DNA of 64,000 nt. It comes from Rhizobium sp. Q54. Lineage in GTDB: Bacteria; Pseudomonadota; Alphaproteobacteria; UBA7879; VGCX01. The notes below the pieces were generated by a model that saw nothing but the letters and a program-made list of their open reading frames with translations, searched no databases and had not been told where the DNA came from. The position numbers and the translations under genes were made by a program. The stretch spans positions 33 to 64,032 of the forward strand of contig CAMBTM010000005.1 of assembly GCA_945870825.1 (NCBI GenBank). The letters run 5' to 3'. The stretch's first letter is position 1. Each line of letters opens with the position of its first letter. Shown here piece by piece: positions 48,563 to 58,551 of the stretch.

Positions 48563-49960
48563 ATGCGTATTGCCCCTTTAAATATTGGAACTATTCATTT
48601 AATCGGTATCGGTGGTATTGGCATGAGTGGCATTGCTGAAATCCTCCACAGCATGGGACACCACGTTCAAGGCAGCGATCAGTCTGAAGGATCTAATATT
48701 GAACGGTTAAGGGCAAAGGGTATTAAAGTCTTTGTTGGCCATATAGCAAGCAATATTAAGGGTGCAACTGTGGTTGTCCCCTCTTCTGCTGTTCAAGCAG
48801 ACAACCCAGAAATTTTAGCAGCCCGCAAAGAAGGGATTCCTGTCATTCCTCGAAGCGAAATGCTGGCAGAACTTATGCGCTTTAAACCCGCTGTTGCAAT
48901 TTCTGGAACCCACGGAAAAACAACCACAACATCCTTGGTGGCCAGTCTTTTGACCGCAGGGGATTTGGACCCCACTATCATCAATGGCGGTATCATTAAT
49001 TCACTCAACACCAATGCCCAAATTGGACAGGGAAATTGGATGGTAGTTGAGGCCGATGAATCGGACGGTACCTTTGTCAAGGTCCCTGCGACCATTGCAG
49101 TTGTCACCAATATTGACCCAGAACATTTGGAATATTATGGGTCCTTTGATGTTTTGAAGAAAACCTTCTTGCAGTTCGTTAAACAAATTCCTTTTTATGG
49201 TTTTTCCGTGCTCTGCTATGACCATCCTGAAGTCAAAAAGTTGATTCCCTATATTACAGACCGCCGTTTCATTACCTATGGGTTCAACCCTGAGGCCATG
49301 TGTTATGCAACCCATGTCGACTACGGCCAAAACGAAATGACGTTTGATGTCCATTTTAATGATGGGACAGAACAGCACCTTTTCAAGGGTGTCACCTTGC
49401 CACTCCACGGGGATCATAATATTTTAAATGCTTTGGCTGCCATCACCGTTGCCATCAAGTTGAAGATTCCTGAAGAAAAAATTAAGAAAGGCCTTGCGTC
49501 TTTTGCAGGCGTTAAACGGCGATTTTCAAAGACTGGAACCTATAACGGAGCCATCATCATTGATGACTATGCCCATCATCCGACCGAAATAATGGCCGTT
49601 TTAAAAGCCGCCCGGCGTGCTGCAAAAAACAAGGTCATCGCTGTTCTTCAACCTCACCGTTTTGGACGTCTTAAAAATCTCTTTGAGGAATTTGCCGGAT
49701 GCATGACGGATGCAGATCATATCTTTATCCTGCCCGTTTACGGCGCAGGGGAAGCCCATATTTTGGGGGTAGACCATATTGCTTTGGCAAAGGCTGTCTC
49801 GGCCAAAACATCAATCCCTGTTGAAACAGTTGATGATGAACATGAACTTGCTAAGAAGTTAAAACCCTTTTGTGAAGAAGGGTCCATGATCATGTGTATG
49901 GGTGCTGGATCCATTACCAAGATAGCCTATGGCTTAGAAAAACTCCTGAAAGATATTTAA
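48563..49960 (+). CDS. murC: UDP-N-acetylmuramate--L-alanine ligase
   Basis: IHLIGIGGIGMSGIAE N-terminus; GTHGKTTTT P-loop. Confidence 0.9.
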   Translation: MRIAPLNIGTIHLIGIGGIGMSGIAEILHSMGHHVQGSDQSEGSNIERLRAKGIKVFVGHIASNIKGATVVVPSSAVQADNPEILAARKEGIPVIPRSEMLAELMRFKPAVAISGTHGKTTTTSLVASLLTAGDLDPTIINGGIINSLNTNAQIGQGNWMVVEADESDGTFVKVPATIAVVTNIDPEHLEYYGSFDVLKKTFLQFVKQIPFYGFSVLCYDHPEVKKLIPYITDRRFITYGFNPEAMCYATHVDYGQNEMTFDVHFNDGTEQHLFKGVTLPLHGDHNILNALAAITVAIKLKIPEEKIKKGLASFAGVKRRFSKTGTYNGAIIIDDYAHHPTEIMAVLKAARRAAKNKVIAVLQPHRFGRLKNLFEEFAGCMTDADHIFILPVYGAGEAHILGVDHIALAKAVSAKTSIPVETVDDEHELAKKLKPFCEEGSMIMCMGAGSITKIAYGLEKLLKDI

Positions 49961-49966
49961 GTTAAG

Positions 49967-50875
49967 ATGACATCCTTACTGGAACAACTCCCCCCTGTCA
50001 GAGGGCGTTATACCCCTAACGCTGACCTTAAGAAGTATGTTTGGTTCCAAGTTGGGGGGCCAGCAGAAGTTCTCTTTAAGCCCAAAGATGTCGATGACCT
50101 TTGTGATTTTTTCAAGCAAAAACCATCCCATGTGCCTGTCACCATCCTTGGTGTTGGATCCAACGTTTTGATCCGTGATGGCGGCATTCCAGGGGTCACT
50201 ATCAAATTAGGATCTGGATTTTCTGATATTAAAATCACTGACCATACCCTTGAAGCAGGGGCTGGTGCCTTGGATCGTACTGTTGCCCTCACAGCTGCCG
50301 AAAATGGTCTTGGGGGATTTTCTTTTTTGGCAGGCATCCCCGGAACCATGGGGGGTGCCGTTAAAATGAATGCTGGAGCTTATGGTCATGAGATCAAAGA
50401 TATATTCCAAAGCTGTCAAATCGTAACAACAAACGGGACAGTGCAAGAAATGAACGATGTGGCATTAACATACCGAAATAGTTCCCTTCCAGAAGGATCT
50501 ATTGTGGTTAAGGCCACCTTCAAAGGAACCCCTCAAGAACCAGATTTGCTCTACAGGGAAATTGAAAAGATCATGGCAGAGCGTGAACTATCACAGCCCG
50601 TCAAATCCAGAACGGGCGGCAGTACCTTTAAAAACCCCCCATCAAAAAAAGCCTGGGAACTCATTGATCAGGCTGGATGCAGGGGGCATCGGATTGGGGA
50701 CGCCATGGTCTCGGAAAAACATTGTAATTTTCTTATCAATACAGGACAAGCCACAGCGGCCGATTTAGAATTATTAGGCGATTATGTTCAAAAACAAGTT
50801 TTGCACACGAGCGGGATTCCGTTAGAATGGGAAATAAGACGTCTTGGTATTAGAAAAGGGGAAGATCATGCATAA
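49967..50875 (+). CDS. murB: UDP-N-acetylenolpyruvoylglucosamine reductase
   Basis: FAD-binding domain, a C-terminal RTGGSTFKNP substrate loop. Confidence 0.9.
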   Translation: MTSLLEQLPPVRGRYTPNADLKKYVWFQVGGPAEVLFKPKDVDDLCDFFKQKPSHVPVTILGVGSNVLIRDGGIPGVTIKLGSGFSDIKITDHTLEAGAGALDRTVALTAAENGLGGFSFLAGIPGTMGGAVKMNAGAYGHEIKDIFQSCQIVTTNGTVQEMNDVALTYRNSSLPEGSIVVKATFKGTPQEPDLLYREIEKIMAERELSQPVKSRTGGSTFKNPPSKKAWELIDQAGCRGHRIGDAMVSEKHCNFLINTGQATAADLELLGDYVQKQVLHTSGIPLEWEIRRLGIRKGEDHA

Positions 50876-51815
50876 TCCAAAGGAAACCAGAGTCCTACTG
50901 CTTGAGGGCGGATGGAACGCAGAAAAGGAAGTATCGTTGAGCTCGGGACAAGCGTCCTACGAGTCCCTGGTCGCCCAAGGCTATCAAGTCACCCGGCATA
51001 ACCCAACACGGGATATGAAAGCGCTTTGTACCTTGATTGAAACCCTCAAGCCTCATATTGTATTTAATGCCCTTCATGGTATTTATGTCGAAGATGGACG
51101 TCTTCAAGGCCTTTTGGATATTTTGGAGGTTCCCTATACCCACTCCAATGCCTTGGCCTCTGCCATTGCCATGCATAAACCAACGGCTAAAAATGTGATG
51201 GCCCGCAGTGGCATTCCGGTCCCTGAAGGAAAAACATACGAATGGCACGAGATCAAAGATACCCACCCCATACCTCCCCCTTATGTTATTAAACCTGTTG
51301 ATGAAGGATCCAGCGTCGGTGTCTTCATTATTCAAAAAGGGGATGCACCCCTAGGCAGTGAACTGAAAGAATGGCCTTATAGCAAAAATATCCTGGTCGA
51401 ACGATATATTCCAGGCCAAGAAATTTCTGTGGCTGTGATGGATAACAAAGGCATTGGCATTTTGGAACTCCGCCCCAAGGGGGGATTTTATGACTACAAA
51501 TCCAAATATACCGATGGCATGACAACCCATATTATGCCAGCCGATATCCCACAAGATGCCTATGAGCAAGCACTGCTCTACGCTGAACAAGCCCATAAAG
51601 CCATTGGTTGCGATGGTATTACCCGTTCTGATTTCCGTTACGATACAGAAAAGAATGAGTTTTATTTGATGGAAGTGAATACACAACCTGGATTCACGCC
51701 TCTTTCAATCTTCCCTGAAATTTGTGCCTATGTTGGCATTAGCTTTAATGAAATTGTTCATTGGCTTATAGAAGACGGACTATGTCGCGGTTACAAAGGA
51801 AAAAGAGCCTCTTAA
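50868..51815 (+). CDS. ddl: D-alanine--D-alanine ligase
   Basis: ATP-grasp fold; the start was chosen at the MHNPKETRVLLLEGG ATG. Confidence 0.9.
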   Translation: MHNPKETRVLLLEGGWNAEKEVSLSSGQASYESLVAQGYQVTRHNPTRDMKALCTLIETLKPHIVFNALHGIYVEDGRLQGLLDILEVPYTHSNALASAIAMHKPTAKNVMARSGIPVPEGKTYEWHEIKDTHPIPPPYVIKPVDEGSSVGVFIIQKGDAPLGSELKEWPYSKNILVERYIPGQEISVAVMDNKGIGILELRPKGGFYDYKSKYTDGMTTHIMPADIPQDAYEQALLYAEQAHKAIGCDGITRSDFRYDTEKNEFYLMEVNTQPGFTPLSIFPEICAYVGISFNEIVHWLIEDGLCRGYKGKRAS

Positions 51816-52543
51816 CCAGGGGGCATCGTTATAAAAGATTAGGCCAACGGTTGTTTTTGACCCTTGGCCTAATCCTTCTTGTGCTGATTATCGGCGGGAC
51901 GTATTGGTATCGTTCTACACTCCTACAAAAGTTCACCCATCTGATGGAGAACAACGGCCTGACCGTTGAAAAGATCTTTATCAGCGGACGCAACAAAGTC
52001 ACCCATGACGAAATTCTAACCGCCTTAGGTATAAGGCTCCATACACCGATGGTTTTCTTCAGTCTACAAGATGCCCATGATCGCCTCAAAACACTTCCCT
52101 GGGTCCACAGTTTAACGGTGGAACGCCAGTGGCCAGATACACTTTTCATTCACCTTGAAGAACGCAAACCCCTTGCCCTGTGGCAACACGAAAAACAAAT
52201 TTATTTGGTTGATAAAGAAGGGGCCGTCATTAAAGAAAAAGACCTAGAAAATTTCATGCATCTGCCCAGCATCACGGGTCCCCATGCAGCCCAGCACTTG
52301 CCAGAATTGCTCCACGCCCTTTCTGATTTCCCAGAGATTAAAAAAGCGGTCGTTTCTGCCACCTGGGTTGGCAATAGGCGATGGAACATTCATCTTGAAA
52401 ACAAGGTCACCCTTATGTTACCAGAACATAATCTTATCAACGCTCTTGAACGTTTTAGGAAATACGAACAAACCCATAAACTGATTGAAGAGGCCCGCAA
52501 ATCTATTGATTTGCGTATTCCTCAAAGGATAATTCTTGCATAA
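51761..52543 (+). CDS. ftsQ: Cell division protein FtsQ
   Basis: A basic N-terminus, a single TM helix LFLTLGLILLVLIIGG, a POTRA domain; the start is ambiguous (51761 or 51782). Confidence 0.8.
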   Translation: MAYRRRTMSRLQRKKSLLTRGHRYKRLGQRLFLTLGLILLVLIIGGTYWYRSTLLQKFTHLMENNGLTVEKIFISGRNKVTHDEILTALGIRLHTPMVFFSLQDAHDRLKTLPWVHSLTVERQWPDTLFIHLEERKPLALWQHEKQIYLVDKEGAVIKEKDLENFMHLPSITGPHAAQHLPELLHALSDFPEIKKAVVSATWVGNRRWNIHLENKVTLMLPEHNLINALERFRKYEQTHKLIEEARKSIDLRIPQRIILA

Positions 52544-53790
52544 TGACCCATCCCCGTTTTAGACAGCCTTCTCAAAAAATCGTCACCAGTATTGATATTG
52601 GCAGTTCCAAAGTCTCGTGCATGATCGCACGCGTCAACGGTTCTGATTCAAGGTCTATTATTCTTGGCATTGGGCACCATGGCATTCAAGGCGCAAAACA
52701 GGGATTTACGCCCCATATGGATGCTCTAGAAAACGCCATTTTGAATGCCGTTCACCAAGCAGAAAAAGAAGCGAACCTGACGGTCAAACAAGCTGTTGTG
52801 AATATTTCAGGAACACACCTGTTGTCAGAACAAGTCAAAGTCACAACCGATGTACAAGGGCATGCGGTCAATGACGCTGATGTGAAAAGACTCCTGGTCG
52901 AAGGGACTACCACTGATTCCAAATCATTTTCGGTCGTTCACGCTAACGCTATTAAGTTTTCCCTAGACCATGGCCAACCTGTCAAGAACCCCCGTGGGAT
53001 GTATGGTAATACCTTGACGGGGTACCTTCATGTGGTCACAGGACAGTTGAACACAGCCCGTAATATCGTCAACTGTCTAAGACATTGTCATATTGATATC
53101 AAAGGCATTATGCCCTCTGCCATTGCCTCTGGCTTTGCAACACTTGTTGAAGATGAAATCGATTTGGGTGTGATTTTAATAGATTTTGGCAGTCACTATA
53201 CCAATATCGCCATCTTCGCTGACGGTGATGTCGTCCATACAGAATCTATCCCCATCGGCAGTGCCAGTATTACCAACGATCTGTCCCATGGTCTTTCCAC
53301 TTCATGGGTGGCCGCTGAACGTATTAAAATACTCCACGGAAGCACCATGGAAACAACCGATGATGCCCGTATTATGATTGATGTTCCCCAAATGGATGAT
53401 CATCATCATGAAGGTCTGATCCAAGTCCGCCGCTCCCTTGTAACCGCTATTATTAAGCCCCGTGTGGAAGAGATTTTGGAACTGGTTAAAAAAAGACTTG
53501 AGAAAAGTGAAGTCCCCAAAGCTGCCAGTCGCCGCGTTGTGATTACAGGTGGAGGCAGTCAACTGCCAGGACTTCGAGAACTTGCAAACCAGATCCTCCA
53601 AAAACAATGTCGTTTGGGAAAACCTCTCCCCCTCTTTCATAGCAAGGAAAATTATCATTTACCGTCCTTTGCAACAGCGAGTGGCTTATTGACATTTGCG
53701 CTACGACAGAACTATGCTGAAGATGAGTCTAGACCTTCTCAAAAAGGTTGGATGCATCCTTTGATCCAATGGTTCAAAGACAATTTTTAG
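52543..53790 (+). CDS. ftsA: Cell division protein FtsA
   Basis: Actin-like ATPase; IDIGSSKVSCMIAR N-terminus. Confidence 0.9.
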   Translation: MTHPRFRQPSQKIVTSIDIGSSKVSCMIARVNGSDSRSIILGIGHHGIQGAKQGFTPHMDALENAILNAVHQAEKEANLTVKQAVVNISGTHLLSEQVKVTTDVQGHAVNDADVKRLLVEGTTTDSKSFSVVHANAIKFSLDHGQPVKNPRGMYGNTLTGYLHVVTGQLNTARNIVNCLRHCHIDIKGIMPSAIASGFATLVEDEIDLGVILIDFGSHYTNIAIFADGDVVHTESIPIGSASITNDLSHGLSTSWVAAERIKILHGSTMETTDDARIMIDVPQMDDHHHEGLIQVRRSLVTAIIKPRVEEILELVKKRLEKSEVPKAASRRVVITGGGSQLPGLRELANQILQKQCRLGKPLPLFHSKENYHLPSFATASGLLTFALRQNYAEDESRPSQKGWMHPLIQWFKDNF

Positions 53791-53811
53791 ATATTTTAAG
53801 GACAGAAAAGA

Positions 53812-55188
53812 ATGAGCGACATCCACACGAATCAAGACATTGGACCCAAGATTATCGTTATCGGCACAGGAGGTGCTGGTGGTAATGCTGTCAATAATAT
53901 GATTGCATCGAATCTTGAAGGGGTTACCTTTGCTGCGGCCAACACGGATGCTCAGGCTTTAAAAAATTCTAAAGCCCCTTTAAAAATCCAGCTAGGCCTT
54001 GAAATGACCCAAGGCCTTGGCGCTGGATCAAAGGCGCAAGTCGGGAAAGCTGCTGCAGAAGAAACCGTTGGGGAACTGGAACAGATTTTACGTGGCAGTC
54101 ATATGGTTTTCATCGCTGCTGGTATGGGAGGTGGTACTGGAACAGGTGCTGCACCTGTAATTGCCCGAACAGCTCGGGAAATGGGAATCTTGACGGTGGG
54201 TGTTGTGACAAAGCCTTTTCACTTTGAAGGCATGCAGCGGATGCGTGTTGCAGAACAAGGCATTCAAGAACTCCAGCACCACGTAGATACCCTCATCATT
54301 ATCCCCAACCAAAATCTTTTCCGTTTGGCCAATGAACAAACAACTTTTGCTGATGCTTTTAATATGGCTGATGGCGTTTTATATTCAGGTGTCAGAGGCA
54401 TTACAGACCTGATGGTTATGCCAGGACTTATTAACTTGGACTTTGCGGACGTTAAGACCGTTATGAGTGAAATGGGCAAAGCCATGATGGGAACAGGGGA
54501 AGCAAGCGGCGAAAATCGTGCGATTGCAGCAGCTGAAGCCGCTATCTCCAATCCTTTGTTGGATGAAGTATCTATGCGCGGGGCCCGGGGTGTTTTGATC
54601 AACATTACAGGCGGCCTTGATATGACCCTTTATGAGGTTGATGAAGCAGCCAACCGAATCCGTGAAGAAGTGGACGGCGATGCCAATATCATCTTTGGAT
54701 CCACGTTTGATGACCGTATGAGTGGTACGATCCGTGTTTCAGTCGTTGCAACCGGGATCGATGCGAGTACCCATCCACGCACAGTCCAACTTCCTTTACC
54801 AAAATCTACCCCTGAGCCTGAATTGGCGTTTGAATTAAACGTCCAGGAAATCGAAAGAGACCCTGTTGAATCTTTCATGATTGAGTCTTCTGTTGATATC
54901 CAAAGTGAAGAAACGGAAAATCCGTCCCCAGAGGTAAAATACACCATTCAAGAAGAATCCCTTGTCGCAAGACAAGCTGTCCAAAAGCCTGAAGAAAAAC
55001 AATCCCTCTGGCAACGCCTACGCTTTGGAACGTCAAAACCAGTGGAAACACCAAGGGCTCCTTTTGAACAACCCGTCACGGTAAGGGAAACATCCCTTCA
55101 TGAGGAAAATGGGGAAGAAAATCCCCAAAGAGATGAAGATGACCTTGGAATCCCGGCGTTTTTAAGACGAAACAACAAGGGACAATAA
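53812..55188 (+). CDS. ftsZ: Cell division protein FtsZ
   Basis: [13 protein letters not shown] tubulin signature; a C-terminal [12 protein letters not shown] peptide. Confidence 0.95.
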   Translation: MSDIHTNQDIGPKIIVIGTGGAGGNAVNNMIASNLEGVTFAAANTDAQALKNSKAPLKIQLGLEMTQGLGAGSKAQVGKAAAEETVGELEQILRGSHMVFIAAGMGGGTGTGAAPVIARTAREMGILTVGVVTKPFHFEGMQRMRVAEQGIQELQHHVDTLIIIPNQNLFRLANEQTTFADAFNMADGVLYSGVRGITDLMVMPGLINLDFADVKTVMSEMGKAMMGTGEASGENRAIAAAEAAISNPLLDEVSMRGARGVLINITGGLDMTLYEVDEAANRIREEVDGDANIIFGSTFDDRMSGTIRVSVVATGIDASTHPRTVQLPLPKSTPEPELAFELNVQEIERDPVESFMIESSVDIQSEETENPSPEVKYTIQEESLVARQAVQKPEEKQSLWQRLRFGTSKPVETPRAPFEQPVTVRETSLHEENGEENPQRDEDDLGIPAFLRRNNKGQ

Positions 55189-55217
55189 TATCAATTTACC
55201 CAATATCACCCTCTCTT

Positions 55218-55244
55218 AAACCACCCCTCAGGGTGGTTTTTGTT
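55218..55244 (+). terminator. Rho-independent terminator downstream of ftsZ
   Basis: aaaccacccctcagggtggtttttgtt: 7-bp GC-containing stem, 5-nt loop, T-tract. Confidence 0.65.
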
Positions 55245-55325
55245 ATGAGAATCCTTCCAAAAAACCTGTCTTATCCTAAATCATGATCTCCTGATAAAAA
55301 ATAGGAAGATTAATGGGAGCTTCTA

Positions 55326-55347
55326 TCATTTGTACTGAACTCATACA
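55326..55347. repeat. 22-bp dispersed repeat copy 2 (tcatTtgtactgaactcataca)
   Basis: 21/22 identity with 2039..2060 next to the IS remnant; lies in the 300-bp ftsZ-downstream intergenic region. Confidence 0.5.
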
Positions 55348-55495
55348 CAGCCTAAAATACTTTACACCAATCAAAACCCTGAGTAGACTACGGATATGAC
55401 TGGTATAGATGCAAATAGATCCCTTTTCTTTCTCTAGACAAGTCCCTCAAAAAGTGATTGGATAAAGATAATTAATAATAAAAAAGGGGCACTTC

Positions 55496-56284
55496 TTGTC
55501 ATCAAACATCATCGCAACACAGGTAACTCGAGAAGCTTGGTACTTTACGCTCCGTCATTTTTCGACATTTTTTAAAATAGCCATCGGTCCCGTTGTGTTG
55601 TCGATTCTTTTGAATGGTGTTGCCGCTTTTTCTTCCATCAACCAAAGCCCCCTGCCCCATGCCCTGCTTGATGGCTTTGGGGCCATCATTGAAGCGTTTT
55701 GGGGCATCCGGTGGCTACGATTTATTATGCATACTGATAAAAGTCATACACCGGCCTTTACCTTTGGGAAAATCGAAGTCCTTTATGTGTTCTATTCATT
55801 TCTACTGCTGATCCCTTTTATGGTAGATGACTTTCTCTTCATCCAAGGGTTTCGCTATGACTACACATTTTTTTATGCCCTTGGTCTTGTGGGATGTTTA
55901 ATTATTTTTTTGCGGTTTGAATTCATCTTTCCGGCCCTGGCCCATCAGGATAAAACAGGTTTCGGGATTTCTTGGGCTCAATCTAAAAAGTCATGGGGGA
56001 ATATCCTTAAAAGTGATTCCCAAGGTCTTTTCATCATGATTCCCGTAGGATGCATTGTATTGCTTTGCCTGGGTCTTTTGATCCTTATCCTCTGGCCCCT
56101 TGGGTTTATGAACTTTGAAAACTGGATCCTGGACCGTGACGGATGGCATATTCTTTTAGACCGTAACCCCATCATTGTGTGGCTTTATATCATTGCAAAA
56201 GAAAGCCTTTGGTCATTGATGAAAGCCCTTAGTATGGTCATTGCCGCAACGTATTATATGCTGTTTAGGGAAAAATCCTCATAA
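55496..56284 (+). CDS. Hypothetical polytopic membrane protein
   Basis: 262 aa with ~6 hydrophobic helices; no recognisable family; it occupies the position after ftsZ. Confidence 0.5.
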   Translation: MSSNIIATQVTREAWYFTLRHFSTFFKIAIGPVVLSILLNGVAAFSSINQSPLPHALLDGFGAIIEAFWGIRWLRFIMHTDKSHTPAFTFGKIEVLYVFYSFLLLIPFMVDDFLFIQGFRYDYTFFYALGLVGCLIIFLRFEFIFPALAHQDKTGFGISWAQSKKSWGNILKSDSQGLFIMIPVGCIVLLCLGLLILILWPLGFMNFENWILDRDGWHILLDRNPIIVWLYIIAKESLWSLMKALSMVIAATYYMLFREKSS

Positions 56285-56881
56285 CCCCAACACGTCCTTC
56301 ACAAAAGGAATCGTCACAGCGTGTCGGTGAGTGAGTGACGCTTTGTTTAAAACATCTGGGATCGTCCAAGCATTTTCAAAGGTTCTCTCCACGTGATGAA
56401 CGATGAAGTCCAAAACCTTTGGCAAGACTTGCATTTGATAGTCAGAAAAGTTCTTTGCAAGAATGGCTGTAAACAGTACATCATCGGGCTCTTCAATAGT
56501 AAAGATGGGCAATGTTGCAAGCCGAGAGGCCAGGTCTTTCAGCGTCACCGGCCAATCTTTTGGGTGCGACACAGCTGTGATGAGCAGGAACCCTTTGTGG
56601 GATTGAATCTGGTTAAACAGGTGAAAAAGGATGACTTCATGTTGTGCCAAAATTGTTTCAATATTTTCCAAGATAAAACATTGTCCATCATGCACATGAA
56701 GATCTTTTTCCAGCATCAAAAGATCCTCTGCCGCCAGGAACTGGCCTTGGGTCTTTATCTGCCATAGATGAGTTAGATGGGTTTTTCCTGAATGCCGGGG
56801 GCCCAGAATAATGCACCCCCGTGCCGGCCACTGGGGCCAAGATGCAATATACCCATCAGCCAAGGCGTTACTAGGGGTCAC
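56279..56881 (-). CDS. hda: DnaA regulatory inactivator Hda-like AAA+ protein (HdaA-type)
   Basis: IILGPRHSGKTHLTHLW Walker A; ~200 aa; a conserved neighbourhood with the AI-2E transporter. Confidence 0.7.
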   Translation of the reverse strand: MTPSNALADGYIASWPQWPARGCIILGPRHSGKTHLTHLWQIKTQGQFLAAEDLLMLEKDLHVHDGQCFILENIETILAQHEVILFHLFNQIQSHKGFLLITAVSHPKDWPVTLKDLASRLATLPIFTIEEPDDVLFTAILAKNFSDYQMQVLPKVLDFIVHHVERTFENAWTIPDVLNKASLTHRHAVTIPFVKDVLGL

Positions 56882-56947
56882 AACAAAGTCACTCTCCCCA
56901 TAAGAAGGACGACACCCTAACGATAAAAAAAGCTGTTCCAGGGGTGT

Positions 56948-58039
56948 CTACTCCCTTAAATACGAGGGATGTTCTTGATAAGCTTTTATGCCAAAGCGTC
57001 CCAAAATACCAATGATGGCAGCAATGGGAATTGCCAGAAAGGCCCCTGCAAAGCCGTGCAAACTACCGCCTACAAAAAGTGCAAAAAGCATCCAAAGAGA
57101 ATGGAGATTCACACGTTTCCCAACAAAATGGGGCGTTAAGAAAAACATATCCCATACCTGCGCCAAAGCAAAAATACCAGGAACACACAGAAACATTTTC
57201 AATGATTCAAATTGATAGAACCCAACCAAAAGGCTAATCGTGAGTCCAACAAACGTCCCAACATAGGGAAGAAAAGACAAAATACCCGTACCAATACCAA
57301 TCACAAGGGCAAAATCTAAACCGATCAAATATAACCCCAGGGAATAAAAGGCGCCCAAAATCAAAGCAATAATGGCTTGTCCTCGGATAAATCCTGAAAT
57401 AGCGCCATCCATCAACAAAACTTGTTCTAAAACAATTCTTTGAAATCGCCTTGGAATAAGCTCTTTGATCACTTCAGCGCCTTTATGGCCATCCCGAATA
57501 AGAAAAAAGATAACCAAGGGGAGAATCACCAAAATGGCAAAAGTGTTGATCACAAAGCTTCCCCCACTGATCACTTTGCGCATGGCAAGATGGCTCCACT
57601 CACTGGCATTAAAAAAATGTTCTGAGAATTGTGCCGGTGTCTCGGAAAGGGTCCCATCAGGCCATAAAGCCTTTAATTGCTGCATGCTGACGACAAAACT
57701 ATGATGGACCGCTTGCACATAAAATGGCATTCGTTGCAGAAGGTAAAGGATCTGTTGTTTAAAGAAAGGAAAAATCTCAACAACGCCTAATAGTAAAAGA
57801 AGAACAAGGGATGTGACAATAATACTGGCAGCAAGGGTCCGGGAATTAAACTTTTTGACTGTCCATTCCATTAAAGGACAAAGCACATAGGCAATAAAAA
57901 GTCCTACAATAAAAGGATAAAGCACAGCCCCCCAAAAAATCATGATGGCAAGGATAGTGACAAAAATACCTGTCATAAAAAGAAAGGCCCCCCACTGGTG
58001 GGAAGAAAAGACTATGTTTTTTTGAGGAACTTGCGCCAT
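56948..58039 (-). CDS. AI-2E family transporter (PerM/YdiK-like)
   Basis: 363 aa, polytopic; the characteristic LSFLPYVGTFVGLTISLLVGFYQ region. Confidence 0.8.
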   Translation of the reverse strand: MAQVPQKNIVFSSHQWGAFLFMTGIFVTILAIMIFWGAVLYPFIVGLFIAYVLCPLMEWTVKKFNSRTLAASIIVTSLVLLLLLGVVEIFPFFKQQILYLLQRMPFYVQAVHHSFVVSMQQLKALWPDGTLSETPAQFSEHFFNASEWSHLAMRKVISGGSFVINTFAILVILPLVIFFLIRDGHKGAEVIKELIPRRFQRIVLEQVLLMDGAISGFIRGQAIIALILGAFYSLGLYLIGLDFALVIGIGTGILSFLPYVGTFVGLTISLLVGFYQFESLKMFLCVPGIFALAQVWDMFFLTPHFVGKRVNLHSLWMLFALFVGGSLHGFAGAFLAIPIAAIIGILGRFGIKAYQEHPSYLRE

Positions 58040-58551
58040 ATCCTAATATACTCAATTGCTGAAAAAAGCGTCGTCCCCATAATGACATATCCTAAAAGAG
58101 ATAAAAAGGTCTCATTAATGGAAAGACTGAAAGCATGTTTGCCCAGAACAATGGTTACAAAAACCATTTGAAGCAGGGTATGAACCTTACTGATGAAGAT
58201 GGGAGACCCAAGATTATCGCCGATAGACCGCCGCAGTTGAAAGATAGCACAAAAAATCAACAGATCTCGCCCAATCAGACCAACGATAAGAAAAAGGGAC
58301 GCCTCATGTAAATACCCCAACATAAGAAACACTGAAATAAGAAGGATTTTATCAGCAAAAGGATCAAGATAGACACCTAAGCGAGAACTGAAATTAAAGC
58401 GTCTTGCAAGGTAACCATCAACAGCATCAGAAAGACTAGCCACCACAAAAATCCAAAAAGCACCAACCATCATCCCCTTCAACATAAGGTAAATAACGAT
58501 AGGGACAGAAAGAAGACGACCAAAACTAATGGCGTTAGGCAAGTGAATCAT
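58012..58551 (-). CDS. pgsA: CDP-diacylglycerol--glycerol-3-phosphate 3-phosphatidyltransferase
   Basis: PNAISFGRLLSVP...DAVDGYLARRFNFSSRLGVYLDPFADK CDP-alcohol phosphatidyltransferase motif. Confidence 0.85.
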   Translation of the reverse strand: MIHLPNAISFGRLLSVPIVIYLMLKGMMVGAFWIFVVASLSDAVDGYLARRFNFSSRLGVYLDPFADKILLISVFLMLGYLHEASLFLIVGLIGRDLLIFCAIFQLRRSIGDNLGSPIFISKVHTLLQMVFVTIVLGKHAFSLSINETFLSLLGYVIMGTTLFSAIEYIRIWRKFLKKT

